This document shows positions 39,457 to 54,410 of a stretch of DNA of 64,000 nt, piece by piece. This DNA is from Octopus vulgaris (taxonomy: Eukaryota), in contig OX597814.1 of NCBI GenBank assembly GCA_951406725.2, positions 222,456,001 to 222,520,000 on the forward strand, read 5' to 3'. The position numbers and the translations under genes were made by a program. The first letter of the stretch is position 1. The number at the start of each line of letters is the position of its first letter. A model generated the notes under the pieces. That model searched no databases. It was given only the letters and a program-made list of their open reading frames with translations, and was not told where the DNA came from.

Positions 39457-40631
39457 CGGCTGTTTTGTTTATATTCAATGAAAAATACTTTATGTCCATA
39501 GTCCGTAGAAAAATATGAACGTTTCTAGATGAATGAATTATTAGGTGCTATTTCTTCACATTGTAATATAATTCTCTTGGAAGACGACTTCTAAGAATTA
39601 AAATATTTTGTCATTTTATTATAAATTCAGAGACTTCAATAAAAATAACCCATTGCTAAACGTGTTATATATACTCTTATTTCTAAATTTTTAAGTAGCG
39701 GGGACGTTTTAACACCGGTGTTTAATATTAGAATATTTAGTTTCTTCTATACTTCATGTTGAATCATACCAGGAAATAGTGTGGATTACAACTCCTCGAG
39801 GTATGCAATTCTTTCGTAATGATCATGGTAAAAAGGACCTTTATTTTCAATAAAATAGAAAAACAATATAAGGAAATACGCTCCAGTGTTTATATAACTA
39901 CATCACGTTTCATCTTGCTATTTTAGCTGCAAACATAATTTGGAATGAGTTATTGTCCCTTCTAAATGTATAAGGATACCAAATTGTAATGAGGGTCGCA
40001 TTTATTTAAATTAGAAAACATCACAAATCATATTTTTTCAATGACGATCGAACAAATATACGACACCACACAAAATGGGATTTATATTGAGTAAATTGAA
40101 GGATGAAAACTTCATAGTGAAATACAATATACTGAGTCCAATACTATAGCTTCCTTACCAGTTCATTGAAGGTAGATGAAGCGGTTCACTTTTGTGATCG
40201 ATTAGGGATGCATATATGTTTTAATTACCGTCCACCACACTAGTGAAATTTTTACACACAAATTAACAATCACTATTGTAGTAGTAGAAACGTTGCTTGA
40301 AGCGCATTTGATCTGGTTTTGTTTTATGGAAGTGAAGCAACTTATCTGCGCGCTAGATTTAGAAAAATAATCAATTAGAGATTTTTCCAGATATGCTGTT
40401 AAAAGGACTCGTTGATAGAGGACATCGTGTAATAAGGTTTTCATGTAATTACCTTTGAGCACTTTCCTCTAATCATATGTATACATAAGGTTTTGCAATT
40501 AAATATATCACCTTATAAATTATTGAATAGCCTTAACTATGCAACAATATAAACATGTATTCAGCCTAACTTTGCTGTTGCAGTTTTATATTGCGGTAAT
40601 ACATTTATGGTAATAATATTGTGACGGATAT

Positions 40632-40700
<69 letters not shown>

Positions 40701-40702
<2 letters not shown>

Positions 40703-41101
40703 ATTCTTTTACTTGCTTCAGTCATTTGACTGCGGCCATGCTGGAGCGCCGCCTTTAATCGAGCAACTCAACCCCGGGACTTATTCATTGTAAGCCCAGT
40801 ACTTATTCTATCCGTTTATTTTGCCGAACCGCTAAGTAACGGGGACATAAACACACCAGCATCGGTTGTCAAGCAATGCTGGGGAGACAAACACAGACAC
40901 ACAAACACACACATGCATATATATATATACATATATACGACGGGATTCTTTCAGTTTCCACCTACCAAATCCACTCACAAGGCTTTGGTCGGCCCGAGGC
41001 TATAGTAGAAGACACTTGCCCAAGGTGCCACGCAGTGGGACTAAACCCGGAACCATGTGGTTTGTAAACAAGCTACTTACCACACAGCCACTCCTGCGCC
41101 T
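40701..41101 (-). mobile_element. SINE family A, full length
   Basis: Colinear with 27665-28062; tail abuts (CT)n. Confidence 0.9.
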
Positions 41102-42169
41102 ATGTTTTAATTCAAAGCACAAGACAGAGAGAAAATTTACTTCAGCGCATGTGATACACGTGAAAATACACTGAATGATATTTGTTGTCGTTTCATTGTG
41201 GGATTTAGGAAATTTGTTTACGATGTCTTATTTTTTTTTTCCTAGCACGAAATATTGTTTGGATTGTAAACAATAGTCATTAACAACATATTGCATGGAT
41301 TGAAACATTGAGCAGCAATTGATACACCAAAGAGCAATTTCATAATAAAGAAAATGTTTACATGCATAATAGATTTTGAATGAAATTAATAACAAGATTC
41401 TAATAGACGAACAACTCATATTTTGGTGGGATCTCCGGGAATTTAGTAGAATGATGTCGTTCTGACATATTTGAGAATTGGATTCAGTTCAAAATATGCA
41501 CTGATACACACAAAGATAAATGCATGCATATACACTCATACATACACAGGCACTTATATATATATATACACAAACATATATACACACGCATATACACACA
41601 CATTACTTCAAAGAATGAAAATATGTGAACGGAGCCATAAAGCGGCAAATAAAACCCAAAGAGCATGAAAATTTCCATAATTTCATGAGTTCATGCACGA
41701 AAGGAAGGTCTTATTCCTTTCATGATGAGTGCATTAAAATATTTGATATATTGATTAACATGTTTCAATAAATGTAGAATCCAATTAAGGTATGAACATA
41801 AGTTCATGCAGTTCCCTCTCTGGATATCCCAAACTCGAGTGAGCGGAGTCGGCGAACGCTAATCTCACCTCCGTCATGTATTACACACTGACTCGCCTGC
41901 CGTGTTTCTGTTCACATGTAACTGAATGTAAACGTCCATTTTTTGTGGTAGGGACCCGATTCCCTAGTTAGGCGCTTTATTTTCTGGCAAAATTCGCTGA
42001 TTAGAAGACTAGTTACGACGCATACAAACGCTGTGGCTGTAACAGCAAGTTTTGGGGCGATGAACATCTGGGGTAGCTTTTTATTACATGTGTATTTCTG
42101 CCGGTTCTGATGTTACGAAGACTGCATTCCTGGGACAAGGTAAGAGCCAGGTAGGACGGCTGACTCTTT

Positions 42170-42582
42170 TATTCGTTTATTCTTTTAATTGTTTCAGCCA
42201 TTTGACTGCGGCCATGTTGGAGCACCGCCTTTAGTCGAGCAAATCGAACCCAGGACTTATTCTTTGTAAGCCTAGTACTTAATCTATTGAACTCTTTTGG
42301 CGAACTGCTAGATAACGGGGACGTAAACACACCACAATCGGTTGTCAAGTGATGTTGGGGGAGGAGGGACAAACACAGACATACAAACATACACACACAC
42401 ACACACTCATATATATATATATATATACGACGGGCTTTTTTCAGTTTCTGTCTACCAAATCCACTCACAAGGCTTTGGTTGGCCCAAGGCTATAGTAGAA
42501 GACACTTGGCCAAGATGCCACGCAGTGAGACTGAACCCGGAAATATGTGGTTGGTAAGCAAGCTACTTACCACACAGCCACT
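42170..42582 (-). mobile_element. SINE family A, full length
   Basis: Colinear with 27665-28062 and 40701-41101. Confidence 0.9.
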
Positions 42583-44639
42583 ATTTGCTGGGTAAAGTGA
42601 TGACTGGAACTTCTACGCTGGTGTTCTATAGATAATTAGCGGTAGGCCAAAGCAATGACTTTCACGGGGTAAATCTGAGCGACGACGAAATTCAAATTGC
42701 TTAGAGGCATTTTGCGCCTCTTTACTTTCTGAATCCAAATTCCGCCGGCATCTTTGATTTTCCCCTTTCATGGTCGATGGGTTAAGTTCTAGTTGAGCAA
42801 TGATGTCTGTGTAATCGACGACATTCCTTCCGCAAAATTTTGAGGTCGATAAATAAAGAACATTTTAAATAATAGAACCAATAATACGACTAACCTGCTA
42901 TTCTCAACCGTCGACCGTCTGCTCAAATCAGAATCCATTATTATTATGATCGTTAAAAATGTCACCAAAATTTTTATTTCAAATACACTCCATATAATGG
43001 TATAATAAGCGTTACAATATTTTGAGCAGATTATATAAACCACAAAAGACGTAATTACTCGTGAATTTTTACTATTGTTCAATTATTTATTTATTTTACA
43101 CGCTATTTTATTTCGATTTTTAAATTTTATTTTATGTCGCTTTCTATTTAAATTTCTGCTTCCTTTTCGTAGACGTTAGTCACGAAGACGTGATTTTTCT
43201 GGAAATATTCCAAATGGCCTTTGTAAACTATTTCGTTGTTGGTGACCATTTGAAAATATTTCACAAGAACAAGGAAAAATAAGTGACAATGGCAACAATA
43301 TTTTATAAAAATACAAGTGTAAACTAAACTCAAAACAAATAAGAATAATATAGTTTTTGCTGGTAATATTGTATTTTTTAAGTTAGTTTCATTCAATAAT
43401 CAAAGAAATAAGAAAACAACGCTAAAACGACAATAATCAAACGAATCACATGAAATGTAGAAGCAAACATTTGAAGCATACAACAATAATTTCCAATACA
43501 AGACATACACTCACCCCTTGCAACACGAAATGTAACAGAAGATAAACAGAAAACTAGATATATAATTAATGGTTATTAGACAATCATCGTCCTAACAGAC
43601 AACCATATTGTGTATTAGTGAAGTGGATAACAGAATAAATTTAGTAAATAAATTAACTTTGTTGATGAACGTTACACCTGTAATTAGAGGAACAAGTCGT
43701 TTCATCGTTGAAATGCATTCAAAATAATTAAGTCTCGAATGAGCAGAGTGTAAGTGATCTTTATCTACGCGGTTGATGAACGATCGAGACTATCGCTAAT
43801 TCAGACGGTAAAATAGTATTAATTAATCTTTCCAATTTTGCTTTAGAAAATTATAAAAGGGAAAACGGGAAATATCTCCAACGCAGAATATTATAACAGA
43901 TGTGTAAATGCAGAGTCGACCCTGGGAAAAATCGCTGGAGCACCATGTAGTGATGTAAAACTGAATGACAGATTAAGTCCACCACCCAAATAAACAGCAA
44001 TCAAGTCAAAATATTCAGCGTCGTCATTCGACATTGTAGTCATGGCAGATAAACTTCTCTCAGTTCACCCATGCTGTACCGAACATGGAGGAATACGTAG
44101 GATAAAGCAGTCCTAAATAATGATGATAGAAACGGAAATAAAGGATATCTCTGAAATATTTTACAGTAAATCTGCCCTGCGAAATTAGAACTGGAATAAT
44201 AATTACGTAAGAATTGAGCAGCGAGTTTCATTTACTGGGGTTTAGCATTAATCAAAATGCATAGCCATTTAGTAACGTTAATTAGTTCCTACTATTGTCA
44301 CAAAATGTGGAACAGGAGAATGGCAGAAGCGGTAAAGTGCTGCAGGAGTGCTTTGCGATATTTTTCCTGGCTTTTATCTTTCTGATTTCAAATCCCAAAG
44401 TTACAAAGTTTGCGCTTCGTCCTTTTCAGCTCGTTAAAATTAAGTACCAGTCATATATTGCAATCGAGGAAATCAACTTGAACTAAAATATGAAGGCGAT
44501 TTCTTAGTAGAATCATTATTTTGTCGCACAAAGTACCTTGCGATATTGAGTAACAGCTTTTTACTTTCTGTCCTAATATCATTGTTGTCAAGTATCGGAC
44601 TTCTGCACAGGTTAACGACTCTAAAACGAAAGTCTCCCA

Positions 44640-45200
44640 ATGTAAGCGCTAGTTTTCCAGCTGCCTTGCCAATGTGTCCAGCCAACACGTGATATTGTCT
44701 ATCCACTGCGTTCTCTACTTTTCCTTCCATGATAATTTTTCCGGGCATCTGTTTCTTCGAATATACTCTAATAGATGAACTTTTTCTCAATGTTCAGGTG
44801 TTGTTGCTCAGTTCCTTGTTGTAAAACACTTTCAGTTGCCCAAGAGTCCTTGTAATAGTCCCCTAGCATTCTCCTATACATCGACATTTCAAACGCATTG
44901 ATTATTTTCTCTTCAAATTCTTTCAAAGTTCATACTTCGCAACTGTAAATGCCTATTGGCCAAAAGAGCGCACCCACTAGCCTTGCCTTTTATTTGGGAC
45001 ACTATAGCTATTCCAGATGTCAGCAAGCATTTCCATGAATACTTTGCCATCGCTATCCGTGTCACGACTTTTTCCTTACATGAAGCTTCAAATAACACTC
45101 TTACCAATATATCCTTATTTCCATACGTCTGGGTGAAAAGAAGTACCAGTAAAATACTGGTGTCAATGTAATTTTTTAAGCATTTCCATAAAAAAACTTT
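44640..45200 (-). mobile_element. RTE-clade LINE fragment (post-RT region), degenerate
   Basis: Minus-strand pieces EKVVTRIAMAK, WPIGIYSCEV*TLK, KIINAFEMSMYRRMLG and KIIMEGKVE match the RTE motifs RIAMAK / YGCESWTL / AFEMWCYRRML / MEGKVEG. Confidence 0.8.
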
Positions 45201-45621
45201 CACTACTTGTGCTTAAATAAGAACCTTCAGTATCCTTCAGATCAGTTCTTTGCCGTTTGCTGATCTACTTCGATAAATATCTATCAAATATATTGTCTAC
45301 TGCAAAAAGCTAAGTGAAATAGCAATGCATATTTCCGAATTTTTAATATTTTAAAGTAAATTTTAAAGTAAAGAGAAAACTTTCTATGTTCAAGTTTAAC
45401 AAAATCCATTTCATTGTAATTTTATAATTTTATTTTTACTGAATATTTTTCCTGTCAAATTTCATCATTTTTATATATTTTCAGTTTATTGCTTTCTTTC
45501 TTCCTTTAGCAATATTTATTTCGTTACAAAGTTGTTCTGTTTTTTTTTTTCAAAATATTTATTTTAATGTCATACATCTACATACATACGTTGACACACA
45601 CATAGATATATACATGCATGC

Positions 45622-45663
<42 letters not shown>

Positions 45664-47483
45664 ATTTTGATATATCAACTTATGTCAAAGCAAACTACTC
45701 AGACATTGCATCTCGAAAGTATTTCGGGTGCCAAATAGCCTTTCAGTTTATAAATCTCCAGGCGTCATTTATTTATCTTTTCTTGTGTTATTTCGTATAT
45801 TTTCCTCGTTCGTTTTATTTTTATGCTGAGTTATTTTAAAATTCATCTCTATTCTTTATTTGTTTTTATTTTTATTTTTGCTCTTGTTCCTTGTTTTAAG
45901 GTTTCAAACCTATCTGGCTTTTCCTTCTGATTGACAGAAAGTAATTGAGGTCTCTTACTAGTCTCATGCTGCTCTGATACGATGCCAAGTGATGTACTAG
46001 TTAAATCAAAATTAAACAAATAAATATATTCTCAGTGTGATGGAACAAAGCCAACTTACACAAGATATTTCGGAAAACCGATGAAGTATTCATATTTTTA
46101 TGAAGGGAGTGGAATAATGTCGTATATATTTCGGAGGCGCCTGAACAATGAATTGTAACAGGAGCCAACGAGGGAGTGACTACGGAATTGTTCATGCTGC
46201 GCTAATGTATCCATGAAATCTACTTCTGCTATCTTTAAATAAGGAAAACGCCTCAGACAATATATCTAAGCAAAACTTTAAGGAAATCAGATTCTAACAA
46301 TTGGAATGCGTGTTATCACAGATATGCTTGATCAATGTTACTCTGGCGATAAGCAGTAGCAGCAACAACAGCGACAACTGAAAATTTATCTTTTGGTTTT
46401 CAGAGAAATGTCAGACCATCAGAGAAATTACTTGGCGGAATTTTGTTACATCTCTTTTACGCAAATTGTTCCCAAATGAATAGATCTCTATTTGGAATTT
46501 AATTGTCCATAGTTTCATGATAGAACACTGAATAGTATATCAATTAAATTAACTGCACTTCTCATCTGGAATAAACGCGATATGGAACACCCATCTCGAG
46601 CAGTCAGTAGGCAGAGTCTTTAGTGCATCCGATAATTTGCTTTGCGACAATTGTTCTGATTCTTTGGGATTTCAGATCAAATACAAGAAAAGAACTTTAC
46701 TTTTCATCTATTCGAGGTCAAAAACATGAAGTACCAGTCCTGTACTGAATAAATTCTTATTTCTCTCACACTCTTTCTTCCTGTTTGCTTTTCCTCTGTT
46801 TCTAAAATAAATCGCATGTAAACAACCTGGAAAAGGACGAGATTCTCTTGTTCTGAATAAACGCATCTAAATACGCCATACGTCACAATGGCACCTCTAC
46901 AAGTCCATTAAGTGTTGAGGGCCAAAGGCAATGCAAACAAGAAGTGCCGATTTAGGGCAGAAAGGTTCTAGAAGAGGTATAAGATAATACAAAATGTAAC
47001 CCTCTCTTATTAAAAATGTTATCGAATATATAACCAAATCAATTATTATGCAAAATATTATGCATAGCATTTTGTCTGTTTCAGTAATTCAGTTGGACAA
47101 AAAGAAATCTTAATTGATATTTCGCTTATTTTTGAGAGAAAGCGTAACGACACACAATTTATTACAGTAACTGCCGTTCCCGCAAAACCCATCCCGGCTT
47201 GATTTCACACACATTGCTCATAAGGAAAGGCTAATGTTTTATAGATATTTCATCTAAGCAAATAAGGCGGTGGATTATTACAATCGTAGGAGTATTGGGC
47301 TAAATGCCTAACGTTGTTTATATATAGCTCTTTGAGTTTGAGTTCATCTTCAGCAGAAGTTATCTTTCATAGTTTTGGAGTCCATAAAATAAAATACCAG
47401 TTAAGAAGTAGACACGATGATAACAATCACAGCGATGGCTTTGTGTCTAAACCAGAAACTATATTCTTATTAAAGTATCAGAA

Positions 47484-48560
47484 AGGCGGCGAGCTGGCAG
47501 AATCGTTAGCACACTGGATGAAATGCTTAACGGTATTTCATCTGCCGCTACTGGCGGCGAGCTTGCAGAAACGTTAGCACGCCGGGCGAAATGCTTAGCG
47601 GTATTTCGTCTGCGTTACGTTGTGAGTTCAAATTCCGCCGAGGTCGACTTTACTTTTCATCCTTTCGGGGTCGATAAATTAAGTACCAGTTACGCACTGG
47701 GGTCGATGTAATCGACTTAATACCTATGTCTGTCCTTGTTTGTCCCCTCTGTGTTTAGCCCCTTGTGGGTAATAAAGAAATAGGTATTTCATCTGCCGCT
47801 ACGTTCTGAGTTCAAATTCCGCGGAGGTCAACTTTGCCTTTCATCCTTTTGAGGTCGATTAAATAAGTATCAGTTACGCACTGGGGTCGATATAATCGAC
47901 TTTATCCATTTGTCTGTCCTTGTTTGTCCCCTCTGTGTTTATCCCCTTGTGGTCAGTAAAGAAATAGGTATTCCGTCCGTCGTTACTTTCTGAGTTCAAA
48001 TTTCACCGGGGGCGACTTTGCCCTTTCTTTCTTACGGGATCTATGAAATAAGTACCAGCAAAGTACTGGTGTCGAAGTAATAGACTACACCCCACAAAAG
48101 TTGCGCCTCTAAAAGTAAAGCATTAGAAAGGCGATAACCTGGCAAAATCTTTAGCATGCCAAGCAAAATACTTAGCGGCATTTCATCCGTCCTTACGTCC
48201 TGAGTTCATATTCCCCCAATGTTGAATTTACCTTTTATTGTTTCTGGGTCGATATAATAAATAACTAAGCGCTGGGGTCGCTGTAATCGAATTATCCCTT
48301 CCACATAGTTTGCTGGCCTTGTGCCAAAATTTAAAATCAATATTATTATTAAGATATTAGAAAGGCGGCGAGCTGGTAGAATCGTGTGCGTGCAGAGTAA
48401 AAAGCCTAGCGGCATTTCTTCCGGGTTTACGTTCTGAGTTCAAATACTACCGAGGTCAACTTTTACTTTTATCCTATCGGAGTCAATAAAAGAAGTACCA
48501 CTTGAATACTGCTAATCGACTAACTCCTTCCTCATCCCCAAAAGGCTTTGTGCCTACAGT
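47484..48560 (+). mobile_element. Tandem cluster of about six SINE family B units
   Basis: Repeated gagttcaaattcc..gaggtc.actttgcctttcatcc..gtcgat..aagtaccag units starting near 47484, 47553, 47783, 47967, 48128 and 48363. A degraded inverted copy follows at ~48665-48860. Confidence 0.85.
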
Positions 48561-49561
48561 GGAAACGATTAACTGAGCATTAGTCGAGCACTCGGCTACT
48601 TATATGTAAATCTCCGCAAAATATTTTGTTTCGTGTAATCATACTTTCTAATTTACATACAAGACCCAACGTTTCTCTGGAAGGGGTAGTCGATTATATC
48701 GACCCATGAGCACGACTGGTATATATTTCAACGATCCTCGAAAGGAAAGCAGAGTCTACCCGCGAGGAATTTGAACTCACGACATAAATACGCATGATAT
48801 GCCGAGGCGAGTTTTCTCGTGCGTAATAGGGATTCAGCTATTCTGGCAGTTTCTTTGCCACGTCTAATAATATCAGTAATCTAGAAAGACTACAATATAA
48901 TTAGAATAGCACAAACTTTAGGAAAGAACCACCAGAGAAAAATCCCTATATATTGCTAAGTATTAAGATTTACAAACATATAAACATATGCAAACGCACA
49001 TGCGTATATTTCGGCATACATATATACATATATTCACATATATGCACATATATTCATACACACATATATAGGCATGAGTGAATAAATTAAATGTTATATG
49101 TTGAATTGCCTATTTAAAACACTTCTCTGGCTGATTTCTCTCTCTCTCCCTCTCTCTCTCACTTTCTATCTATCACACACAGACACACACACGTGTGTGT
49201 GTTCATATGTATATATATATATTAATCGTCTGTGAAAATGATAGAATCTTCGGAGAAAGCTGAACATAGGTCAGGTAATTCATAAAATGGTGTATACAGG
49301 TTAAATGTCAAAGGTTTAAATATATTTAAAAGACCTCTGCAGGTTGAATCAAAACAAATTATTAGTGTTGCAAATGTGTGTATTTGATTAATCGGTCAGT
49401 TTGTATTCAGGAAATTCGATTTTGACGTGCATTCATTCATCCTAATAATCACACGCGCTTACAAAAGTATGAACGTACTAATATATATATATATATATAT
49501 ATTGATAAAAATGGTATGACAACAAAAGAAAGAAAGAGACCTCAATATTATGTAAATAGAG

Positions 49562-49599
<38 letters not shown>

Positions 49600-49760
49600 G
49601 AGAAAGTTGGTTTGTGAAAGCACGTGGTTGATTATATAGAAAATAGTAAAAAGTGAAAATACTACAGAAGGCTTGTTTTAAAAGGTTAAAAAATATATAT
49701 TTGAGTCAATATGTCTGAAGAATGTTATAAATTTTTTCTTACAATGACATATATATTTGA

Positions 49761-49805
<45 letters not shown>

Positions 49806-50293
49806 TAGATAGATATAGATATAGATATATGTATCTATATTTGATCTTTCACTTGTTTCAGTCATTAGACTGTGGCCATGCTGGGGCACGGCCAAGAATT
49901 TTGTGCTGCTGCGCAAGGTTACTATTTCGAAGGAGATGATGTTAAAATTTAGGAAAATTAGTTACTTTTTATTTAGTAAAACTAGTCCGGGTACATTTTA
50001 ATACCACCCCTTATATATGTATGTATGTATGTGAGTGTGTACTTACATATACTTTTATGTATACGTTTGTGCTTTGTAGAGAGTCTGAGGTCGTGTAATG
50101 CGCTATTCGTTCGGACCCTACAGGCTGTGACTTCACAAGTAGCTAATGTCAACCTTCGATTTCATTTTTCAGGTTCGACAATGGCCTGTCTTGTACTGGG
50201 TGTTGATAATTCAATTTCTTCATCAACCTCATTCTCGCGTCACCATTTCTCACTAACTCTTCCCTCTCTCTTTATATATATATATATATATAT

Positions 50294-50360
<67 letters not shown>

Positions 50361-50590
50361 TTATTTCTTTATTGCCCACAAGTGGCTAAACATAGATGGG
50401 ACAAACAAGACAGAGATATTAAGTCGATTACATCGACCCCAATGTGTATCTGGTACTTAATTTATCGACCCCGAAAACGATGAAAGGCAAAGTTGACCTC
50501 GGTGGAATTTGAACTCAGAACGTAACAGCAGACGAAATACCGCAAAGCATTTCGCCCGGCTTGCTAACGTTTCTCCCAGCTAGTTGCCTT
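50361..50590 (-). mobile_element. SINE family B inserted in (GATA)n
   Basis: Colinear with other family B copies; GATA repeats on both sides. Confidence 0.85.
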
Positions 50591-51742
50591 CAGATAGATA
50601 GATAAACATGTCTACATATACCTACCTATCAGCACATATAACTACTTATATATATACACACACATATAGCCACGTATGTACTCATACAAACATATTTCTC
50701 TACATTTATGTATATTCCTCTCCATATATAACAATAGAATAGTAAAGAGCAACGGTGATACAGAAAGAGCAAGGTTTATGTATGTATTGGATACAAAATT
50801 TTGAGTGGCAGGTAGTTCGAACACTGAAATTGTGTTTGAAATTGTTATATATCCGTCTATCATTACACAATGCACATAGGTATATACATGCAGATAGATG
50901 AAGGAAATCGATATAAACTTACATACGGTGAGAGAAATAAAGACGAATTACAAACCAGACATTAGTCAAATATGTGTACATGCTATAGTGAGGGCATACG
51001 TGTGTGTGTTTGACTGTGAGTGTATTAGGAATCTGTATATCTAACGATGCCTGTATCAGAATGTACGGATTCTATGTTTTTCTGTGTGCGTGTGTTTTAA
51101 TTGAGGCTGCACGTTCGTCTATATGTGTATATGTATATGTGTACCTAAGAGATTGAATGAGAAAAAGACTTTTCGATTAAAGATTTTCCTTCTTGTTTCG
51201 GCATTTAACTTCTATTGAGAGTATATCTCAACATTATACACGCACATAGCCGCACAACCATAAATACACACATAGAGTCACTTACAATCACACACACACA
51301 CACACCTACAGGCACGTGAATACCCACACATACACAGAAAACAAATATTAAAAAAAAATCACTTCATACACGTTGTTGTATTTCACATCACGCATTCTCA
51401 TCTTATGGACAGAACTTATTAGACAGCTTTCGATAGAGCAGAAAATAAATGTCTCATATCTATACAAGCATCCTGACTGACTAGCTGATAGATCGATCGG
51501 TTTCTGTGCGTGCGCGTGTATACTCCCACAGACACACAGGCACACACACTCACACCCACACATATGCAGGTAAGTAGGAAGAAACTCACAAACGCACGCA
51601 TATATTAGTCTGTAAGTTTCTATGTGTATGTACAAAGATCTATAATGCAGACAAAGAGACGGACAGAGAGATAAACTGTCATATAGATAGATAGATAGAT
51701 AGATAGAAATATAAATAGAGATAGATAGATACATAGATAGAC

Positions 51743-51781
<39 letters not shown>

Positions 51782-51810
51782 AATATAAATAGATAGATAG
51801 ATAGATAGAT

Positions 51811-51848
<38 letters not shown>

Positions 51849-53112
51849 GAGATAGATAGATAGATAGATAAACTGACAGATAGATAGACGGGTGGATAGA
51901 CAGAGCGATAGATAGGTGTATAAAAATAGGGAGATTGAGAGTGAGAGAGAGGAGCAGAGATAGAGAGAGAAAGAGAAGCAGAAATAGAGAGAGAAAGAGA
52001 TGTAGATGGAAATGGTAGGTAGATGAAATATTATGCAGTTAGGTAGATTTGTAGATCAAATTAATCAGTTGACCAAGTAAAAGTGTAGGATGCGAAAGTT
52101 GTTGGTTGTCTTAGACATACTCACACACATAAACGGATAACTTATGCATTTGTGTTTTGTTTGTTTGATTGAAAAAACGATAAGAGATAAAAAAAAACTG
52201 GATTGAAGCAACATGTGATGAATTGTAATGGGTGTAAAGGTGAGTGTATAAAATATGCTAAGCAATATAAAATCTGGCACCGTTGATTTCATCATTTATA
52301 ACACTATTCCATTGACCTCTTCCACAAAATGGAGCAACAACACGCCACTATCATCGCCTCCGTCGGAAGACGTTTCCAAGATGATCTCGAAATAGAAACG
52401 GTCTAGTACCGGCAATGATTCCGTTCGGGTTTATCCATTATGTCTAATGTAGAAAAGCCTTGTATCGAACAAGTTTAAACAAATCTCATAATCTCACACA
52501 CTTATGTATATCAGGCAACTTCTTCTGTAACCATTATAAAAGATAAACAGATTATGTGAAAAACACATTCATTCAATGCAGATATTCAATGCAACTTATA
52601 AAATAGACTTTAAAATTGCAGAAACAGTACAGCGTCTGTTAAATATATGAAATACTATTTGGTTTGGTTCTCTATATTTTAAGTCTATAATATTCAATTT
52701 CCCTTCATTATACTTCCATTTTTCATTGTCAGTAATCGTAACAAACTCGAGATACTGTGTGATTGCTGGAATAGCTCAAGTTGGTAGCAATATTTCTCTC
52801 AAATGATATCCCATCGTTTAACGAGGAAAACCATTCCTAGGAAACGATAAACTATAGTATAATCACTGCTGAAATACCTTTTATAATACACACCACGATT
52901 ATGGCTGACTTGTCAAAAAATAACACCAGCAAAATTAACCAGGAAGGTACTTAAGAGAATGCGTTAGAATATATGACTCACTTATAATATAATGATTTGG
53001 CCAAAATAGAAATATGGATGCTATTTCTGCTTTATTGAGTGGAATAGTTGAGCACCGAACATGGTGTTCTTGATATTTAGCTACACCACTTTAATTATAT
53101 TAGTTAAACTTT

Positions 53113-53493
53113 AACCTAGCATTTGCTTGCATCTTACAGTCTTTGAAAGAAATTATTTCTACAAACTTGTCTTCTAAGTCTATACTGTACTATATTATTT
53201 TCAAAAATATCAACACAACATATACAATATAGTCGGATAGAAACAAATTATATATATTTATATACATATGTATTATATTTTGGGATCAGATTGGAATCTA
53301 CCCCGAATTTCCATGAGACTGTACTGCCCTTAACTCTCCGCTGACCACAAATGGATTATCCTAAACTGGATTTATCAGTTTGCATATATATAAGACGTCC
53401 ATGCTGCATGTTCGATCAATAAGTTACTGGTGCGTTAACAGTGTTTGTCTAAATGGTGTACCGTACAACATAATATAACTAAGAATATTTTTA
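53113..53493 (+). repeat. Direct repeat copy 1 (~380 bp)
   Basis: Matches 55491-55914. Confidence 0.9.
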
Positions 53494-54280
53494 AGCAGTC
53501 TAATATTTTCCTCTACTAATTTAGTGCATTATATCAAATATATAAATCAGCATTCGTTCTGTTCTTGTTTTGAGAATCCTAAAATCTAAGTCATTAAAAA
53601 TTGCAATATATCCATTTGGATTTATTGTTTTACGACAATATCAATGATAACTCTTGGTAATGGATAGATTTCTTTTGTAATTATTCCTCACTTTGTTTCA
53701 ATCAAAATTTCTTCTGATTGAAATTAATGGCTTAGAGCATTTAGTTATTTTCTCCTTCATTCTGCGATCAAATCTCGTTCTCTTGAAACTTTAGTTAGTT
53801 ATATCTACTCAGTGATTGACGAAGTGCATCTACTGAAGACAAAGTATATATTGTTGACATATATTTTATGCTAAAAGACTAGCGAACCCGATTCGTTATC
53901 CTGTACTCTTAAATAATTCCAAACGCGAAATGAACAATTAGAACATTCTGCTATAGTCTTCACTCGATCGACGTCTTGTTATTTACATTGTTTGGGGTGT
54001 AGTAGGAAAGGCTTAATCCGCTTTTGTATTTAATAACAGCAACGCTTAACTGACCGCCTTTATAGGTGTTAACTCTTTCGAAAGGACTGGAGACAGGTCT
54101 TTGCGATCGAGCAGTAGCATTTCAGCACCGAATGTTCTTCATATAGTAGCTAAGCAAAATTGTACAATATAGTATATTTTATGTGACCTGTGTACAGGGT
54201 CAGATTGGATTGTATGACAGATTTAGCAATACGGTTTAACTCCATGTTACGACACGTTAAAATCATGATAATGTGTTATC

Positions 54281-54324
<44 letters not shown>

Positions 54325-54347
54325 CACACACATATACATATATGTAT

Positions 54348-54410
<63 letters not shown>

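Noticed and set aside
47484-48560. CRISPR-like or satellite array
   Set aside because: Units are ~180-230-bp SINE bodies without unique spacers; eukaryotic context, no cas genes.
52310-52440. GC-richer unique block, possible exon or conserved non-coding element (also 41820-42165)
   Set aside because: No convincing ORF, splice pair or repeat match by eye; needs cross-species alignment.
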